A stretch of 59,449 nt of DNA, filler included. It is 3 parts of 3 records of this genome, joined end to end, with 100 filler letters (N's around TTAATTAATTAA, not from the genome) between each part and the next. Parts side by side here need not be neighbours in the genome. Positions count along the whole stretch, not along the records: positions 1 to 29,114 come from SRR20825006_2242; 2 more parts are not named here. One strand, written 5' to 3'. The notes beneath the pieces were generated by a model, which was not told the DNA's origin, did not search any database, and worked only from the letters and a program-made list of their open reading frames with translations. Of the stretch, positions 1 to 10,883 are shown piece after piece. The translations under genes were made by a program, and so were the position numbers. The first letter of the stretch is position 1. Each line of letters begins with the position of its first letter.

Positions 1-1
1 T

Positions 2-355
2 GACGGCTTCATGGCCCAGACAGGCGATGTACAGTTTGGTGATGAAAAGGACGGCTACAATCTCGCACGGGCGGGCATGGGCGGTTCCGCTCAGCCTGAT
101 CTTCCAGCCGAGTTTTCTGATATTCCCTTCAAGCGTGGCGTTGTCGGCATGGCACGCGCTCAGGATCAAAACTCTGCCAATTCCCAGTTCTTCATCATGT
201 TCGACGATGCTCCATTCCTGAACGGTCAGTACACGGTTATCGGCGAAGTTGTGTCCGGAATGGACAATGTCGACAAGATCAAGAAGGGCGACAAGGCCCA
301 GAACGGCAAGGTTACAGATCCTGACCGTATTCTTGACGTTACCGTGGGTCGTTAA
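2..355 (+). CDS. Cyclophilin-type peptidyl-prolyl isomerase, 5'-truncated
   Basis: Frame open from the window edge (DGFMAQTGD); motifs GMARAQDQNSANSQFFI and YTVIGEV. Confidence 0.93.
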   Translation, partial: DGFMAQTGDVQFGDEKDGYNLARAGMGGSAQPDLPAEFSDIPFKRGVVGMARAQDQNSANSQFFIMFDDAPFLNGQYTVIGEVVSGMDNVDKIKKGDKAQNGKVTDPDRILDVTVGR

Positions 356-397
356 ACCCGAATTATTTCGACCTGAATGCGCCAACAGGAGATAGTT

Positions 398-895
398 ATG
401 GCCGAAGTCAAAGACCGCGAAAATGCGTTCATTCTGGATACCTCAAAGGGTAAGATTGTTATCGAAGCTTACCCGGACGTTGCTCCCAAGCACGTTGAAC
501 GGATCAAGGAGTTGGTGCGCGAGGGTGCCTATGACGGCATTGTGTTTCACCGTGTAATCGCTGACTTTATGGCGCAGGGCGGCGATGTTCAGCACGGCCG
601 GAAGGCAAACCCCGGACGTGCCGGAACCGGGGGGTCTTCAAAGCCAGACCTTCCTGCTGAGTTTTCCGACAAACGCCATATTCGCGGCACCTGCTCAATG
701 GCCCGTTCGCAAAACCCTAATTCGGCCAACTCTCAGTTCTTCATCTGCTTTACCGATGCACCCTGGCTCGACAAACAGTACACGGTTTGGGGGCAGGTCA
801 TTGAGGGCATGGACGTTGTCGATTCCTTCGAACGTGGCGAACCTGTGCGCGAGCCTGATCACATCATTTCCATGAAGGTGGCTGCGGACGTTTAA
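398..895 (+). CDS. Cyclophilin-type peptidyl-prolyl isomerase (cytoplasmic paralog)
   Basis: FHRVI..FMAQGGD, SMARSQNPNSANSQFFI; ATG 398 follows AGGAGA SD. Confidence 0.93.
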   Translation: MAEVKDRENAFILDTSKGKIVIEAYPDVAPKHVERIKELVREGAYDGIVFHRVIADFMAQGGDVQHGRKANPGRAGTGGSSKPDLPAEFSDKRHIRGTCSMARSQNPNSANSQFFICFTDAPWLDKQYTVWGQVIEGMDVVDSFERGEPVREPDHIISMKVAADV

Positions 896-978
896 AGTAC
901 CGCAACCATGATTGAGACAGCCCGCGCGGCGGCCCTTTTCTGGCTGCCGGCGGGTTTCTGGTTTGAAGCGACGAGACG

Positions 979-2052
979 ATGCGCGTAGATTTATTCGATT
1001 TTGATCTTCCCGACGAAAATATTGCATTAAGGCCCGCAAGCCCGCGTGATTCCGCGCGCCTTCTGCTGGTCAAACCCGACGTTTCTCCGTTTTTTGAAGA
1101 TCGCACTGTTTTGGATTTACCGTCATTTCTAAAACCGGGTGACGCACTCGTTTTCAATGACACAAAGGTCATTCCTGCCCAACTTGAAGGCGTGCGCAAA
1201 CGCGTCGGCGGCCAGGATGTCCCTGTCTCGGTAACACTCCACCTGCGTTCTGCCGACAACATCTGGCATGCCTTTGCCAAACCCGGAAAACGGATCAAGA
1301 TCGGTGATCAGTTGATATTTACCAGTGCGGACGAACTGTTCTCGCTGGAGGCAATGGTCAACGAAAAGCGGGAAGGCGGGGAGGTTGTTCTCACCTTTGA
1401 CGCACGCGGCGGCGCGCTGGATGAAGCCTTGATGCAGGTCGGCCATGTGCCTTTACCGCCTTATATAGCCGCCAAACGCAGCGAGGATGGGCGAGACCGC
1501 GAAGATTATCAAACTATTTACGCACGTGAAGATGGTGCCGTTGCAGCGCCTACGGCGGGGCTTCATTTCACACCACAGTTATTCCATGCATTGGATCAGG
1601 CAGGTATCGAACGGCATTTCGTAACTCTTCATGTTGGAGCAGGGACGTTCCTGCCGGTAAAAGCAGATGACACCGACGATCACAAGATGCACTTCGAGCG
1701 TGGATATGTGACGAATGAAACGGCGGCCGCGCTGAATGCCGTACGTGCAAGAGGCGGACGGATTGTCAGTGTCGGGACTACCTCGCTCAGATTGCTTGAA
1801 AGCGCTGCAACAGAGGAGGGCGAGATCATGCCCTGGCACGGCGAAACCGGGATTTTCATTCAGCCGGGGTACCGTTTCAAAGCAGTCGATATGCTGATGA
1901 CCAATTTTCACTTGCCGAAATCGACGCTTTTCATGCTGGTTTCGGCATTCTGCGGGCTTGAGACGATGAGAGCAGCATATACTCACGCCATCGAAACCGG
2001 TTACCGTTTTTACTCTTACGGCGATTCCAGCCTGCTGTTTCGGAAAGACTGA
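979..2052 (+). CDS. queA: S-adenosylmethionine:tRNA ribosyltransferase-isomerase
   Basis: [48 protein letters not shown]. Confidence 0.98.
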   Translation: MRVDLFDFDLPDENIALRPASPRDSARLLLVKPDVSPFFEDRTVLDLPSFLKPGDALVFNDTKVIPAQLEGVRKRVGGQDVPVSVTLHLRSADNIWHAFAKPGKRIKIGDQLIFTSADELFSLEAMVNEKREGGEVVLTFDARGGALDEALMQVGHVPLPPYIAAKRSEDGRDREDYQTIYAREDGAVAAPTAGLHFTPQLFHALDQAGIERHFVTLHVGAGTFLPVKADDTDDHKMHFERGYVTNETAAALNAVRARGGRIVSVGTTSLRLLESAATEEGEIMPWHGETGIFIQPGYRFKAVDMLMTNFHLPKSTLFMLVSAFCGLETMRAAYTHAIETGYRFYSYGDSSLLFRKD

Positions 2053-3185
2053 TGAACGATACGTTTCAATTTACCCTCAAAAACACCAGTAGCAAGGCGC
2101 GGTTGGGTGAAATCACCATGCCACGCGGCGTCATCCGGACACCGGCCTTCATGCCAGTGGGGACAGCAGGCACTGTCAAGGCCATGTATCTTGATCAGGT
2201 CCGCGAGCTTGGTGCGGATATCATTCTCGGAAATACCTACCACCTGATGCTGCGGCCAGGCGCCGAACGGGTTGACCGTTTAGGTGGTCTGCACTCGCTC
2301 ATCCGCTGGCCTTATCCGATTTTGACCGACTCCGGCGGTTTTCAGGTCATGTCCCTGGCGGCTCTGCGCCAGATCGACGAAAAGAAAGGTGTGACCTTCA
2401 AATCGCATATTGATGGCAGCGTCCACCATATGAGCCCGGAGCGCTCGATTGAAATTCAGGGGCTTTTAGGCTCCGATATTCAGATGCAGCTCGATGAATG
2501 CGTCAGGCTTCCGGCAGAAAGACCCGAAATTGAGCGTGCTATGGAAATGTCGCTCCGCTGGGCGGAACGCTGCCGCGTTGCTTTTGGCGATCAGTCCGGC
2601 AAAGCAATGTTCGGGATCGTGCAGGGCGGCGATATTCCGGACCTGCGTGTGCGTTCAGCCCAAGGCCTCGCAGCTCTTGACCTGAAAGGATATGCAATCG
2701 GTGGCCTGGCTGTCGGTGAGCCGCAGGCCGTCATGCTCGATATGCTGAATGTCACGCTGCCTGTGCTTCCAAAAGAAAAGCCGCGCTATCTGATGGGGGT
2801 CGGAACGCCGGACGACATTCTTAAGTCAGTTGCCTGTGGCGTTGATATGTTTGACTGCGTGATGCCGACCCGGGCAGGGCGTCACGGCCTGGCCTTCACA
2901 CGGCGTGGCAAGGTTAACCTGCGAAATGCTCGCCATGCCGAAGATATTCGTCCGCTGGATGATGCGAGTGAATGCCCGGCGACACGGGATTATTCGCGCG
3001 CCTATCTGCATCATCTGGTCCGGGCCAATGAATCGCTGGCCGGTATGCTGCTGACGTGGAACAATCTTCATTACTACCAGCAACTGATGCAGGGCATCCG
3101 TGCGTCAATTGCTGAAAACCGTTTTGAAGACTTCATGGCAGAAACGCAGGAAATGTGGGCCAGAGGTGATCTTGAGCCGATCTGA
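2052..3185 (+). CDS. tgt: tRNA-guanine transglycosylase
   Basis: [33 protein letters not shown] overlap with queA. Confidence 0.98.
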   Translation: MNDTFQFTLKNTSSKARLGEITMPRGVIRTPAFMPVGTAGTVKAMYLDQVRELGADIILGNTYHLMLRPGAERVDRLGGLHSLIRWPYPILTDSGGFQVMSLAALRQIDEKKGVTFKSHIDGSVHHMSPERSIEIQGLLGSDIQMQLDECVRLPAERPEIERAMEMSLRWAERCRVAFGDQSGKAMFGIVQGGDIPDLRVRSAQGLAALDLKGYAIGGLAVGEPQAVMLDMLNVTLPVLPKEKPRYLMGVGTPDDILKSVACGVDMFDCVMPTRAGRHGLAFTRRGKVNLRNARHAEDIRPLDDASECPATRDYSRAYLHHLVRANESLAGMLLTWNNLHYYQQLMQGIRASIAENRFEDFMAETQEMWARGDLEPI

Positions 3186-3365
3186 GAACTGGGGAAGGCG
3201 CAAATGTCGTCTTCACCAATACCGCTGAGGACGACACAAGGTTTCACATCCTTGATATTCTCTTCTCATACAAAAATCACATAAGGTAGATTATGGAACT
3301 TATGTGTAGCACCACGAAACCAAAATACTGACCAAATGTATCTCGTTTCCGCTGGTAATGAAAAA

Positions 3366-3890
3366 TTAGCGCAGTGCATTCAGACGGTTGTAAGCTGCGG
3401 TGAAACCGTTCAACGAAGATGAGATGCTGATAGCTTCGCCGCTGTCGAGCACGGTGCCATTAATCTTGAGCGTACCGCCGCCTTTCAGGTTCTCGATCAT
3501 GTCAGCATTCATTTGCACCGGCACGATGCATCCCTGCGGGACGCAGGTGGAGAAGCCGAACTTGGCACCGGAACTCGCGTCATCGATACTGATTGTAACG
3601 CCGTTTGCCAGTGCCAGCCCGAACGGCATCAGAATAATACCCTGAAGGCTGTCGGCCGATGGCGCCGTAAGTTCAATCGACATGACACGCTGGCCTGAGT
3701 CTTTGGAAACTTGATTCTGCAACATCGAACAACGATCATTCTCACCGTCACTAACGCAGGCAATGCGCCAGTCCTGATAAGTCTCGTTCAATGAATTTGC
3801 ACCGTCCGGAAGTGCAGAGAACGCACTATTGAACGGAATTACACTCAGCAAGGTGGCCAATGTCATCGCAACCGACTGACGCAGTTTCAT
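3366..3890 (-). CDS. Invasion-associated locus B (IalB) family exported protein
   Basis: Signal peptide, ETYQDWRIAC, MPFGLAL, TCVPQGC, SLNGFTAA; alternative start at 3905. Confidence 0.85.
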   Translation of the reverse strand: MKLRQSVAMTLATLLSVIPFNSAFSALPDGANSLNETYQDWRIACVSDGENDRCSMLQNQVSKDSGQRVMSIELTAPSADSLQGIILMPFGLALANGVTISIDDASSGAKFGFSTCVPQGCIVPVQMNADMIENLKGGGTLKINGTVLDSGEAISISSSLNGFTAAYNRLNALR

Positions 3891-4082
3891 CTTGTATCCC
3901 TCCATTTGAAATCGTCGGACAGCATTTTTGGCACTATGCGAATCCGTCTTTCATATTGCGTGGATTTATGCCACGACCAAGTAAGTAAACAAAGGATACT
4001 TTTAAAAAAGTTGCAGAATTTTAATAATGCAATCATTGAGAGCGTCCTCGTTTAAAACTCTGCCAGACGGGATCTGCAAATC

Positions 4083-5405
4083 ATGTCCACGGATTCGGAC
4101 AGCCATGACAATAACGCAGGCGAACAGGCTTCGCAGCGCCCTGCTCCGCAAATGCCTGATATCAACGCGATTCTCGGCAATAGCAAACCGCCGCGCAAGC
4201 CACTCCGCTTTCCGTGGTGGATCGCCGTTGCGATAGCCTTCATCTGCCTTACCGGTGCTGCCTATCAGTTCTGGCCGCGAAATTTTTCGGTTGGCACACC
4301 AGTGCCTGAATATGTCACAGAGGATGTGATTCGTGGCAGCATGACTGTCACGATTACAGCAACAGGTTCCATTGAGCCGACTGAGCAGATCGATATTTCG
4401 AGCGAACTTTCCGGTACTGTTCGTGCGGTTTATGCCGATTTCAATGACACGGTCAGCGACGGCGAAGTCTTGTTACAGCTTGAAACGGATGAGCTTGAGG
4501 CTGATATTCAAAGTGCCAGAGCGCGGGTTTCTGCAGCCGAAGCCGATATTGCCGCCAGCAATTCAGATCTTGAGGCTGCCAAGGTCGCCATGGAGCGCAC
4601 AGGCAAACTGGTCGAGCGCGATGTAGCGCCCCGGCAGGATCTCGAAGACGCACAGTTCAAGCTCAGGGCCATGCAGGCTGCCAAAGACAGCGCCGAGGCT
4701 CAGCTCTCTGTTGCACGCAGCGATCTCGAGCGGGCGCAATTACGTCTCACCAAAGCGGAAATCCGTTCACCGATTGATGGTGTGGTCCTGGAGCGCAATG
4801 TCGATGTTGGACAGACAGTAGCATCGTCTCTGGAAGCTCCGACACTGTTTGTGATCGCCGGTAATCTGAAGCAGATGGAACTGCGCGTAGACGTAGACGA
4901 AGCTGACGTCGGGCGCGTCAAGGTTGGTCAGGCCGCCAACTTTACGGTCGAAGCCTTTCCTGAACTTCGTTTTCCAGCCGAAATCAAGTCCATCCGCTAT
5001 GCATCCGAGGTCAATAATGACGTTGTGACCTATAAAGCGGTTCTGGCTGTCGACAATGATGACCTGCTGTTGCGCCAGGGCATGACAGCGACGGCAGAAG
5101 TTGTCGCTGATGATGTTGAAAACGCACTTCTTATCCCCAACGCTGCGTTACGTTATCAACCTGAAGCAGCAAAGAACAATGCAGATAATATCGGTACTGG
5201 CCGACAAGCCGTTGGCGGTTCAACCGCCAGCAGCGCAGGTGCACAGGGTGGCAGAAGTCGAACCGTGTGGCTGCTTCGCAATGGCGTGACCCAGCCTGTA
5301 GAGATCGTTGCCGGAGCATCTGATGGCCGGTATACACAGGTTATCGAAGGCGATTTGCGTGTCGGCGACAGATTGATCACCGGCACGGGTTCAACCGGCA
5401 CTTAG
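4083..5405 (+). CDS. MacA-like periplasmic adaptor (membrane fusion protein)
   Basis: N-terminal TM, ATGSIEP, coiled hairpin, IRSPIDGVV..GQTVASSLEAPTLF, VDEADVG. Confidence 0.92.
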   Translation: MSTDSDSHDNNAGEQASQRPAPQMPDINAILGNSKPPRKPLRFPWWIAVAIAFICLTGAAYQFWPRNFSVGTPVPEYVTEDVIRGSMTVTITATGSIEPTEQIDISSELSGTVRAVYADFNDTVSDGEVLLQLETDELEADIQSARARVSAAEADIAASNSDLEAAKVAMERTGKLVERDVAPRQDLEDAQFKLRAMQAAKDSAEAQLSVARSDLERAQLRLTKAEIRSPIDGVVLERNVDVGQTVASSLEAPTLFVIAGNLKQMELRVDVDEADVGRVKVGQAANFTVEAFPELRFPAEIKSIRYASEVNNDVVTYKAVLAVDNDDLLLRQGMTATAEVVADDVENALLIPNAALRYQPEAAKNNADNIGTGRQAVGGSTASSAGAQGGRSRTVWLLRNGVTQPVEIVAGASDGRYTQVIEGDLRVGDRLITGTGSTGT

Positions 5406-5417
5406 GGGGAATTGTCC

Positions 5418-6140
5418 ATGAGTAACGCTCCGCTTATCGCATTCCGAGATGTCTTCAAGACATACGGCAGCGGCGAAGCGGTCGTTGAGGCTTTGGCCGG
5501 TGTGAATTTTGAAATTGAAGCCGGAGATTTTGTTGCCATTCGCGGCCCGTCAGGATCCGGTAAATCGACGGCAATGAACATTCTGGGGTGGCTGGATGCA
5601 CCATCCAGCGGTGAATATCTCTTTCAGGGAGTGTCAACCGGCGAACTCCCCTCCTCCAAGCTCACATTGCTGCGACGTTATCTTCTTGGCTTCGTGTTTC
5701 AGGGCTTCAATCTCCTGCCACGCACATCCGCGCTGGATAATGTCGAGCTGCCATTGATCTATCGCGGCATCAAGAAGAAGCAACGTCGGGAATTAGCGGA
5801 ACAGGCGCTCGTTCAGGTCGGTCTCGCTGACCGGCTGCATTACAGCGCTCAGGCGCTTTCCGGCGGCCAACAACAACGCGTCGCCATCGCCCGTGCGATT
5901 GTGACCAAGCCGGGTGTCTTGCTGGCGGACGAGCCGACAGGTAACCTCGATACCCGCACCAGTGAGGCCATTATGGATTTGATCACCGGCCTAAACCGTT
6001 CCAACGGTATCACTGTTATCGTTGTTACCCATGACGACATGGTTGCCGCCTATGCCGACCGTACGATCCGTTTCCTGGACGGCCATCTGGAAAGCAATAT
6101 GCGCACGCGTGCCGTCAGGGAGCCTGACCATGTTTCTTGA
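5418..6140 (+). CDS. MacB/LolD-type ABC ATP-binding protein
   Basis: GPSGSGKS, GFVFQGFNLL, LSGGQQQRVAIARA, LADEPTGNLD. Confidence 0.95.
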   Translation: MSNAPLIAFRDVFKTYGSGEAVVEALAGVNFEIEAGDFVAIRGPSGSGKSTAMNILGWLDAPSSGEYLFQGVSTGELPSSKLTLLRRYLLGFVFQGFNLLPRTSALDNVELPLIYRGIKKKQRRELAEQALVQVGLADRLHYSAQALSGGQQQRVAIARAIVTKPGVLLADEPTGNLDTRTSEAIMDLITGLNRSNGITVIVVTHDDMVAAYADRTIRFLDGHLESNMRTRAVREPDHVS

Positions 6141-7335
6141 AACCGTAAAACTGGCACTGCGCGCTGTTCGCCGCAACTTTTTAAGATCGTTTCTGACAGT
6201 GCTCGGCGTTGTCATCGGCGTATCGGCAGTGATCGCCATGGCAACGATTGCAGAAGGCACTGGGCAGCAGGTCAAGACCGAGGTTTCCCGGCTTGGTACG
6301 GATCTGCTGTTCATCCGACCCGCTCAGCGCGGACCTGGCGGTCCAGCGGAGGCCGCTAAAGGATTTTCCGAGCGCGATGTCACCGCCATCAGGAATCAGG
6401 TTTCCGGAATTCGCGCAGTGGCGCCGCAAAATACTGCAAGCGTGACTGTTGTTGCCGGAAGCCAGAATCGAAAGACGACGGTCGTCGGTTCTACCAATGA
6501 CTATCTGGACGCACAGGACTGGAGCATTGTCTCGGGTCGTGCCTTCTCTGAGACTGAAAACACCGGAAGAGAAACGGCTTGCATTCTCGGAAGCACTGTT
6601 TCACAGACACTTTTCGGCGATCGTGAAGCTGTCGGACAAACTATTCGTGTTGGCAATATTGCCTGCGGTGTTGTCGGTGTATTGCGGGCCAAAGGTGAAA
6701 CCGGGATGGGACGTGATCGCGATGATATCGTTGTGATGCCGATCAAAACCTTTCAACGGCGCGTCGGCGGTGAGAGCTATATCGACAATATCATTCTTTC
6801 CACGCTGGACAGCACATCGAAAGAACAGGTGCAAGCTGATGTAACCGCCCTCCTGCGTGAGCGGCGCAACCTTGCTTCCGGTCGCGGCAGCGATTTCGTT
6901 GTTAACGATATGACACAGATTGCCGACACGATGAGCGGAACGACACGCCTTCTTGCCGGTCTTCTGGGTGCTGTTGCTGCCGTCAGCCTGATAGTCGGTG
7001 GTATCGGAATCATGAACATCATGCTTGTTTCGGTAACAGAGCGAACGCGCGAAATCGGCCTCCGTCTGGCGATTGGTGCTTTCAGACGGCAGGTTATGAT
7101 GCAGTTTCTCGTAGAAGCCATCGTTCTTTCTGTTCTCGGCGGTGTCGGCGGGATCGCCCTCGGCCTCGGTGTCGGCTATGTCGGCGTTCAGTATCTGGGT
7201 GTTCCCTTTGCACCCAATCTGTATCTGATCGCCACAGCCTTCTTTGTTTCCGCGCTGATTGGCATCGTCTTCGGTTATTTCCCGGCCCGCCGTGCATCAA
7301 GATTGCAACCGATTGAAGCGCTCAGGCACGAATAG
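6130..7335 (+). CDS. MacB/FtsX-type ABC permease
   Basis: RSFLTVLGVVIGV, GGIGIMNIMLVSVTERTREIG, PARRASRLQPIEALRHE; ATG 6130 overlaps the ATPase end. Confidence 0.93.
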   Translation: MFLETVKLALRAVRRNFLRSFLTVLGVVIGVSAVIAMATIAEGTGQQVKTEVSRLGTDLLFIRPAQRGPGGPAEAAKGFSERDVTAIRNQVSGIRAVAPQNTASVTVVAGSQNRKTTVVGSTNDYLDAQDWSIVSGRAFSETENTGRETACILGSTVSQTLFGDREAVGQTIRVGNIACGVVGVLRAKGETGMGRDRDDIVVMPIKTFQRRVGGESYIDNIILSTLDSTSKEQVQADVTALLRERRNLASGRGSDFVVNDMTQIADTMSGTTRLLAGLLGAVAAVSLIVGGIGIMNIMLVSVTERTREIGLRLAIGAFRRQVMMQFLVEAIVLSVLGGVGGIALGLGVGYVGVQYLGVPFAPNLYLIATAFFVSALIGIVFGYFPARRASRLQPIEALRHE

Positions 7336-7385
7336 GCCTGCCAGAGAGAATCGGGCACGACCGGGCAACAAAGCGACCGACATAC

Positions 7386-7417
7386 AAACAAAAAAGGGAA
7401 GCGCGCTGGCTTCCCTT
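7386..7417 (-). terminator. Rho-independent terminator after fpr
   Basis: AAGGGAAGC-6nt-GCTTCCCTT hairpin followed by a T-run on the minus strand. Confidence 0.7.
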
Positions 7418-7442
7418 CCCGTTTATTTAACCGCCAGTGACC

Positions 7443-8255
7443 TTAACCGACAAAGGCGCGTTCGATCACGAACTCGGAAGGCTTGTTGTTGGCACCTTCT
7501 GTCAGCCCCGCCTCTTCCAGCAGCGCCTTTGTGTCTTTCAGCATTTCGGTGGAACCGCAAATCATTCCGCGGTCTGTTTCCGGATTCAGCGGAGGTCCCC
7601 CCAGATCAGAAAACAGCCTGCCACTGGAAATCAGATCGGTAATACGGCCTTCACGTGCGAACGGCTCCCGTGTCACGGTCGCATAATGCTTGAGCTTGTC
7701 GCCAACAATTTCACTCAAAAGCTCATCATTTCGGATCTCATCGACCAGATCAAAACCATACTGAAGTTCAGCGACCTCACGGCATGTATGCGTCAGGATG
7801 ACTTCATCGAACTTCTCATAAGTTTCAGGATCACGGATCAGGCTGGCAAATGGAGCAATCCCCGTGCCAGTCGAGAACATGTAGAGACGTTTGCCCGGTG
7901 TCAGAGCATCCAGCACCAGCGTACCTGTCGGTTTTTTACGCATTAGCACTGTATCGCCGGGCGCAATTTTCTGCAGATGCTGCGTCAACGGCCCATTCGG
8001 CACCTTGATTGAGAAGAACTCAAGCTCATCAGCCCATGCAGGACTGGCAATCGAATAGGCTCGATAAACTGGCTTGCCTTCGACCATCAGACCAATCATG
8101 GCGAACTCACCGGAGCGGAAGCGGAATCCGGCTGGTCGCGTCATTGAAAAACGAAAAAGACGGTCCGTGTAATGATTGACGCTGAGTACTTCTTCAGCGT
8201 AAACGCCTGCGGGCAGCGTAGCGGCAAATTCCGCGGTCTTGGCTTGCACGTTCAT
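7443..8255 (-). CDS. fpr: Ferredoxin-NADP(+) reductase
   Basis: RFRSGEFAMIGL, RAYSIAS, STGTGIAPF, MICGS, FVIERAFVG. Confidence 0.96.
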   Translation of the reverse strand: MNVQAKTAEFAATLPAGVYAEEVLSVNHYTDRLFRFSMTRPAGFRFRSGEFAMIGLMVEGKPVYRAYSIASPAWADELEFFSIKVPNGPLTQHLQKIAPGDTVLMRKKPTGTLVLDALTPGKRLYMFSTGTGIAPFASLIRDPETYEKFDEVILTHTCREVAELQYGFDLVDEIRNDELLSEIVGDKLKHYATVTREPFAREGRITDLISSGRLFSDLGGPPLNPETDRGMICGSTEMLKDTKALLEEAGLTEGANNKPSEFVIERAFVG

Positions 8256-8376
8256 GCGGATTGTCGTCCTGTTTTATCCTTGGGCGGCCATCCGCCCGTC
8301 ATCTTTATAGTTCAGCGTTCAATACTACCGTCCGAAACGGAATGCAAAGTACGATCCTGAAACCTGCTTCACAAAG

Positions 8377-8880
8377 TCATATTTTGGCAGTGTGCCGCCA
8401 GCGATAACCACCACCACTTGGCGCCGGGCGGGCAGCCGGTTGATAGTAACGGGTCACTTCCGGAACCCGCCCTTCCCGCAAACGACGGATAGCGGTCTCG
8501 TTTTCGAGAGCAAAACTCGAAAATCCACAACGAAGCATCAGAACCAGTGGATCAATCAGCACATCACCCACCGCACGTAGATCGCCGCTATAGCCTAGCT
8601 GTCCACGCAAAAGCGTGGCCTGTGAAAATGCACGGCCATCACTAAAAGCCGGAAATGTGAGTGCGATCAAATCAATCCGTTCAAGAAACGGACGCAGAGC
8701 CTCCGGATTGTCCGCCGGCAATAGCAGAACTCCCAGGCATTCGTTGCTGTCGGCACCATTTTCAAGCAATTGCTGCAGAGGAATGAGTGCGCGTTCGCCC
8801 TCACCTGCTTTCCGGTCATCGGTTTCGATGACCCAAGGGTCATTGTCAACGAAACCGGTTTCACGCCAGATCGTGGTCAA
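8377..8880 (-). CDS. DUF934 family protein
   Basis: FPAFSDGRAFSQA..LR..GYSGDLRAVGDVLID..M.RCGF..YYQP; TTG start at 8880 after AAGGAGA. Confidence 0.88.
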   Translation of the reverse strand: MTTIWRETGFVDNDPWVIETDDRKAGEGERALIPLQQLLENGADSNECLGVLLLPADNPEALRPFLERIDLIALTFPAFSDGRAFSQATLLRGQLGYSGDLRAVGDVLIDPLVLMLRCGFSSFALENETAIRRLREGRVPEVTRYYQPAARPAPSGGGYRWRHTAKI

Positions 8881-8893
8881 AGCTATTGTCTCC

Positions 8894-10549
8894 TTATGCC
8901 GCTTTGGCTTTCTCGGGATAAAGCGCATCCTTGAAAGGTTGCGCGCCGAGGCGCCGGTATGCGTCGATGAAAGCCTCTCCCTGGCTCTCCCTGAGCCGCA
9001 GATAGGTATCGACGATGGTCTCGACCGCATCCGTTACCTTTTCCGGTTCGAAGCCACGACCAACGATTTCGCCGATCGACGTATTTTCATCCGCCGAGCC
9101 GCCAAGCGTGATCTGGTAAAGCTCGGCCCCTTTTTTCTCGACACCCAGAAGGCCGATATGCCCGACATGATGATGACCGCAAGCATTGATGCAGCCGGAA
9201 ATCTTGATTTTCAGCTCTCCGATTTCAGCCTGCCTTGCCGGATCGCCGAAGCGTTCAGAAAGCGACTGGGCGACCGGAATCGAACGGGCATTTGCAAGTG
9301 CGCAATAATCCAGGCCGGGACAGGCGATAATATCGGTGATCAGACCGGCATTGCCGGTTTCCAGTCCGGCTTGCTTCAGGACTTCATAAATGGCGGGCAG
9401 GTCCGCACGTGCCACATGTGGCAGCACCAGATTTTGCTCGTGACTGACGCGAACTTCATCGAATGCAAAACGTTCGGCAATATCCGCGACAGCTTCCATC
9501 TGAATATCTGTGGCGTCACCGGGTATCCCACCAATCGGTTTCAGCGAGATTGTCACCATGGCATAATCATTACGCTTGTGCGGTGCAGTGTTCCGCGCAA
9601 GCCATTCAGCATAGCCGCCCTCTGCCTCTGTCTCATCCGTATGTTCACGCAAAGGCAGTTCCGGCAGGGTAAAATAGTCAGTGATGGCGGCGATATCGTT
9701 GTCCGGCAGTTTCAGCTCGGTACTCTGCAAAGCATCAAATTCGTGTTCAATTTGCGCACGCAGATCATCCAACCCGGTTTCATGCACAAGGATTTTGATC
9801 CTTGCCTTGTACTTGTTGTCGCGCCGGCCGTGGAGGTTATAAACACGCAGGATCGCGGTCGTGTACGCGAGCAGATCTTGTTCCGGCAGGAAGTCTCGCA
9901 CCTTTTTCGCAATCATCGGCGTGCGCCCCTGCCCGCCACCGATATAGACGGCGAAGCCGAGTTCACCGGCATCATTCCGTTTCAGGTGAAGGCCAATATC
10001 ATGCACCTGGATGGCGGCGCGGTCATGTTCCGCACCGGTTACCGAAATCTTGAACTTACGCGGCAGGAACGAGAATTCAGGATGCAAGGACGACCATTGA
10101 CGCAGGATTTCGGCATAAGGGCGTGGATCAGCAACTTCATCAGCCGCTGCACCGGAAAAGTGATCTGCGGTCACATTGCGGATGCAGTTGCCCGATGTCT
10201 GGATGGCGTGCATCTCGACGGTCGCAAGATCACGCAGAATTGCCGGGATATCTGCAAGGCGCGGCCAGTTGAACTGAATGTTCTGGCGCGTTGTGAAGTG
10301 ACCATAGCCTCGATCATAAGTTCGCGCGATATGCGCCAGCATCCGCATCTGAGCAGAGTTCATCGTGCCATAGGGTACGGCAATCCGTAACATGTAGGCA
10401 TGAAGCTGCAGGTAGACACCGTTCATCAGTCGCAGCGGCTTGAACTGGTCTTCCGTGATCTCGCCGGAAAGGCGGCGCGTAACCTGATCGGAAAACTGTT
10501 CGACACGTTGCCGGACAAAATCGTGATCGAATTCGTCATAACGATACAT
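8894..10549 (-). CDS. cysI: Sulfite reductase haemoprotein (nitrite/sulfite reductase)
   Basis: MYRYDEFD start, TTRQNIQ, LPRKFK, CPGLDYC..SGCINAC siroheme/Fe-S cysteines. Confidence 0.95.
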   Translation of the reverse strand: MYRYDEFDHDFVRQRVEQFSDQVTRRLSGEITEDQFKPLRLMNGVYLQLHAYMLRIAVPYGTMNSAQMRMLAHIARTYDRGYGHFTTRQNIQFNWPRLADIPAILRDLATVEMHAIQTSGNCIRNVTADHFSGAAADEVADPRPYAEILRQWSSLHPEFSFLPRKFKISVTGAEHDRAAIQVHDIGLHLKRNDAGELGFAVYIGGGQGRTPMIAKKVRDFLPEQDLLAYTTAILRVYNLHGRRDNKYKARIKILVHETGLDDLRAQIEHEFDALQSTELKLPDNDIAAITDYFTLPELPLREHTDETEAEGGYAEWLARNTAPHKRNDYAMVTISLKPIGGIPGDATDIQMEAVADIAERFAFDEVRVSHEQNLVLPHVARADLPAIYEVLKQAGLETGNAGLITDIIACPGLDYCALANARSIPVAQSLSERFGDPARQAEIGELKIKISGCINACGHHHVGHIGLLGVEKKGAELYQITLGGSADENTSIGEIVGRGFEPEKVTDAVETIVDTYLRLRESQGEAFIDAYRRLGAQPFKDALYPEKAKAA

Positions 10550-10553
10550 GGTT

Positions 10554-10883
10554 TCAAGCCTCCACGCGTTCGGGGTTGGCAGCCGAAAATCCAACCGCAT
10601 AGGCAATCGTCGGCCCTTCGGCACGAATGCGCTCACGCAGCCTCAGCGGCCAGATCGTGCCGTCAGTGCGCTCATCAACATCGATAACGTTCACATCGAC
10701 AACCTTGTTGGCCGAGAAATCACGTTTGCCGATATCATTGAGGCTCTCAATGGCAGCGTCGTGACGGGCAACCAGTGCTTGTTGAAGATTTTCGGTCCAG
10801 CGGCCATTGGCATCAAGCCAGACGGCAAGCCCGTCTGTGAGCCGGTTGGCGGTGAGAACCTTTGCAATTTGCTTAGCGGGCAT
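10554..10883 (-). CDS. DUF2849 family protein
   Basis: KVLTANRLTDG.AVWL, LRERIRAEGPTI; lies between cysG and cysI. Confidence 0.88.
   Translation of the reverse strand: MPAKQIAKVLTANRLTDGLAVWLDANGRWTENLQQALVARHDAAIESLNDIGKRDFSANKVVDVNVIDVDERTDGTIWPLRLRERIRAEGPTIAYAVGFSAANPERVEA

Noticed and set aside
3205-3236. TGTCGTCTTCA/TGAGGACGACA hairpin after tgt as an sRNA
   Set aside because: Single short hairpin between convergent genes; nothing beyond a possible terminator
8615-10390. 591-aa ORF antisense to cysI/DUF934
   Set aside because: Shadow frame of a GC-rich conserved gene; no recognisable motifs
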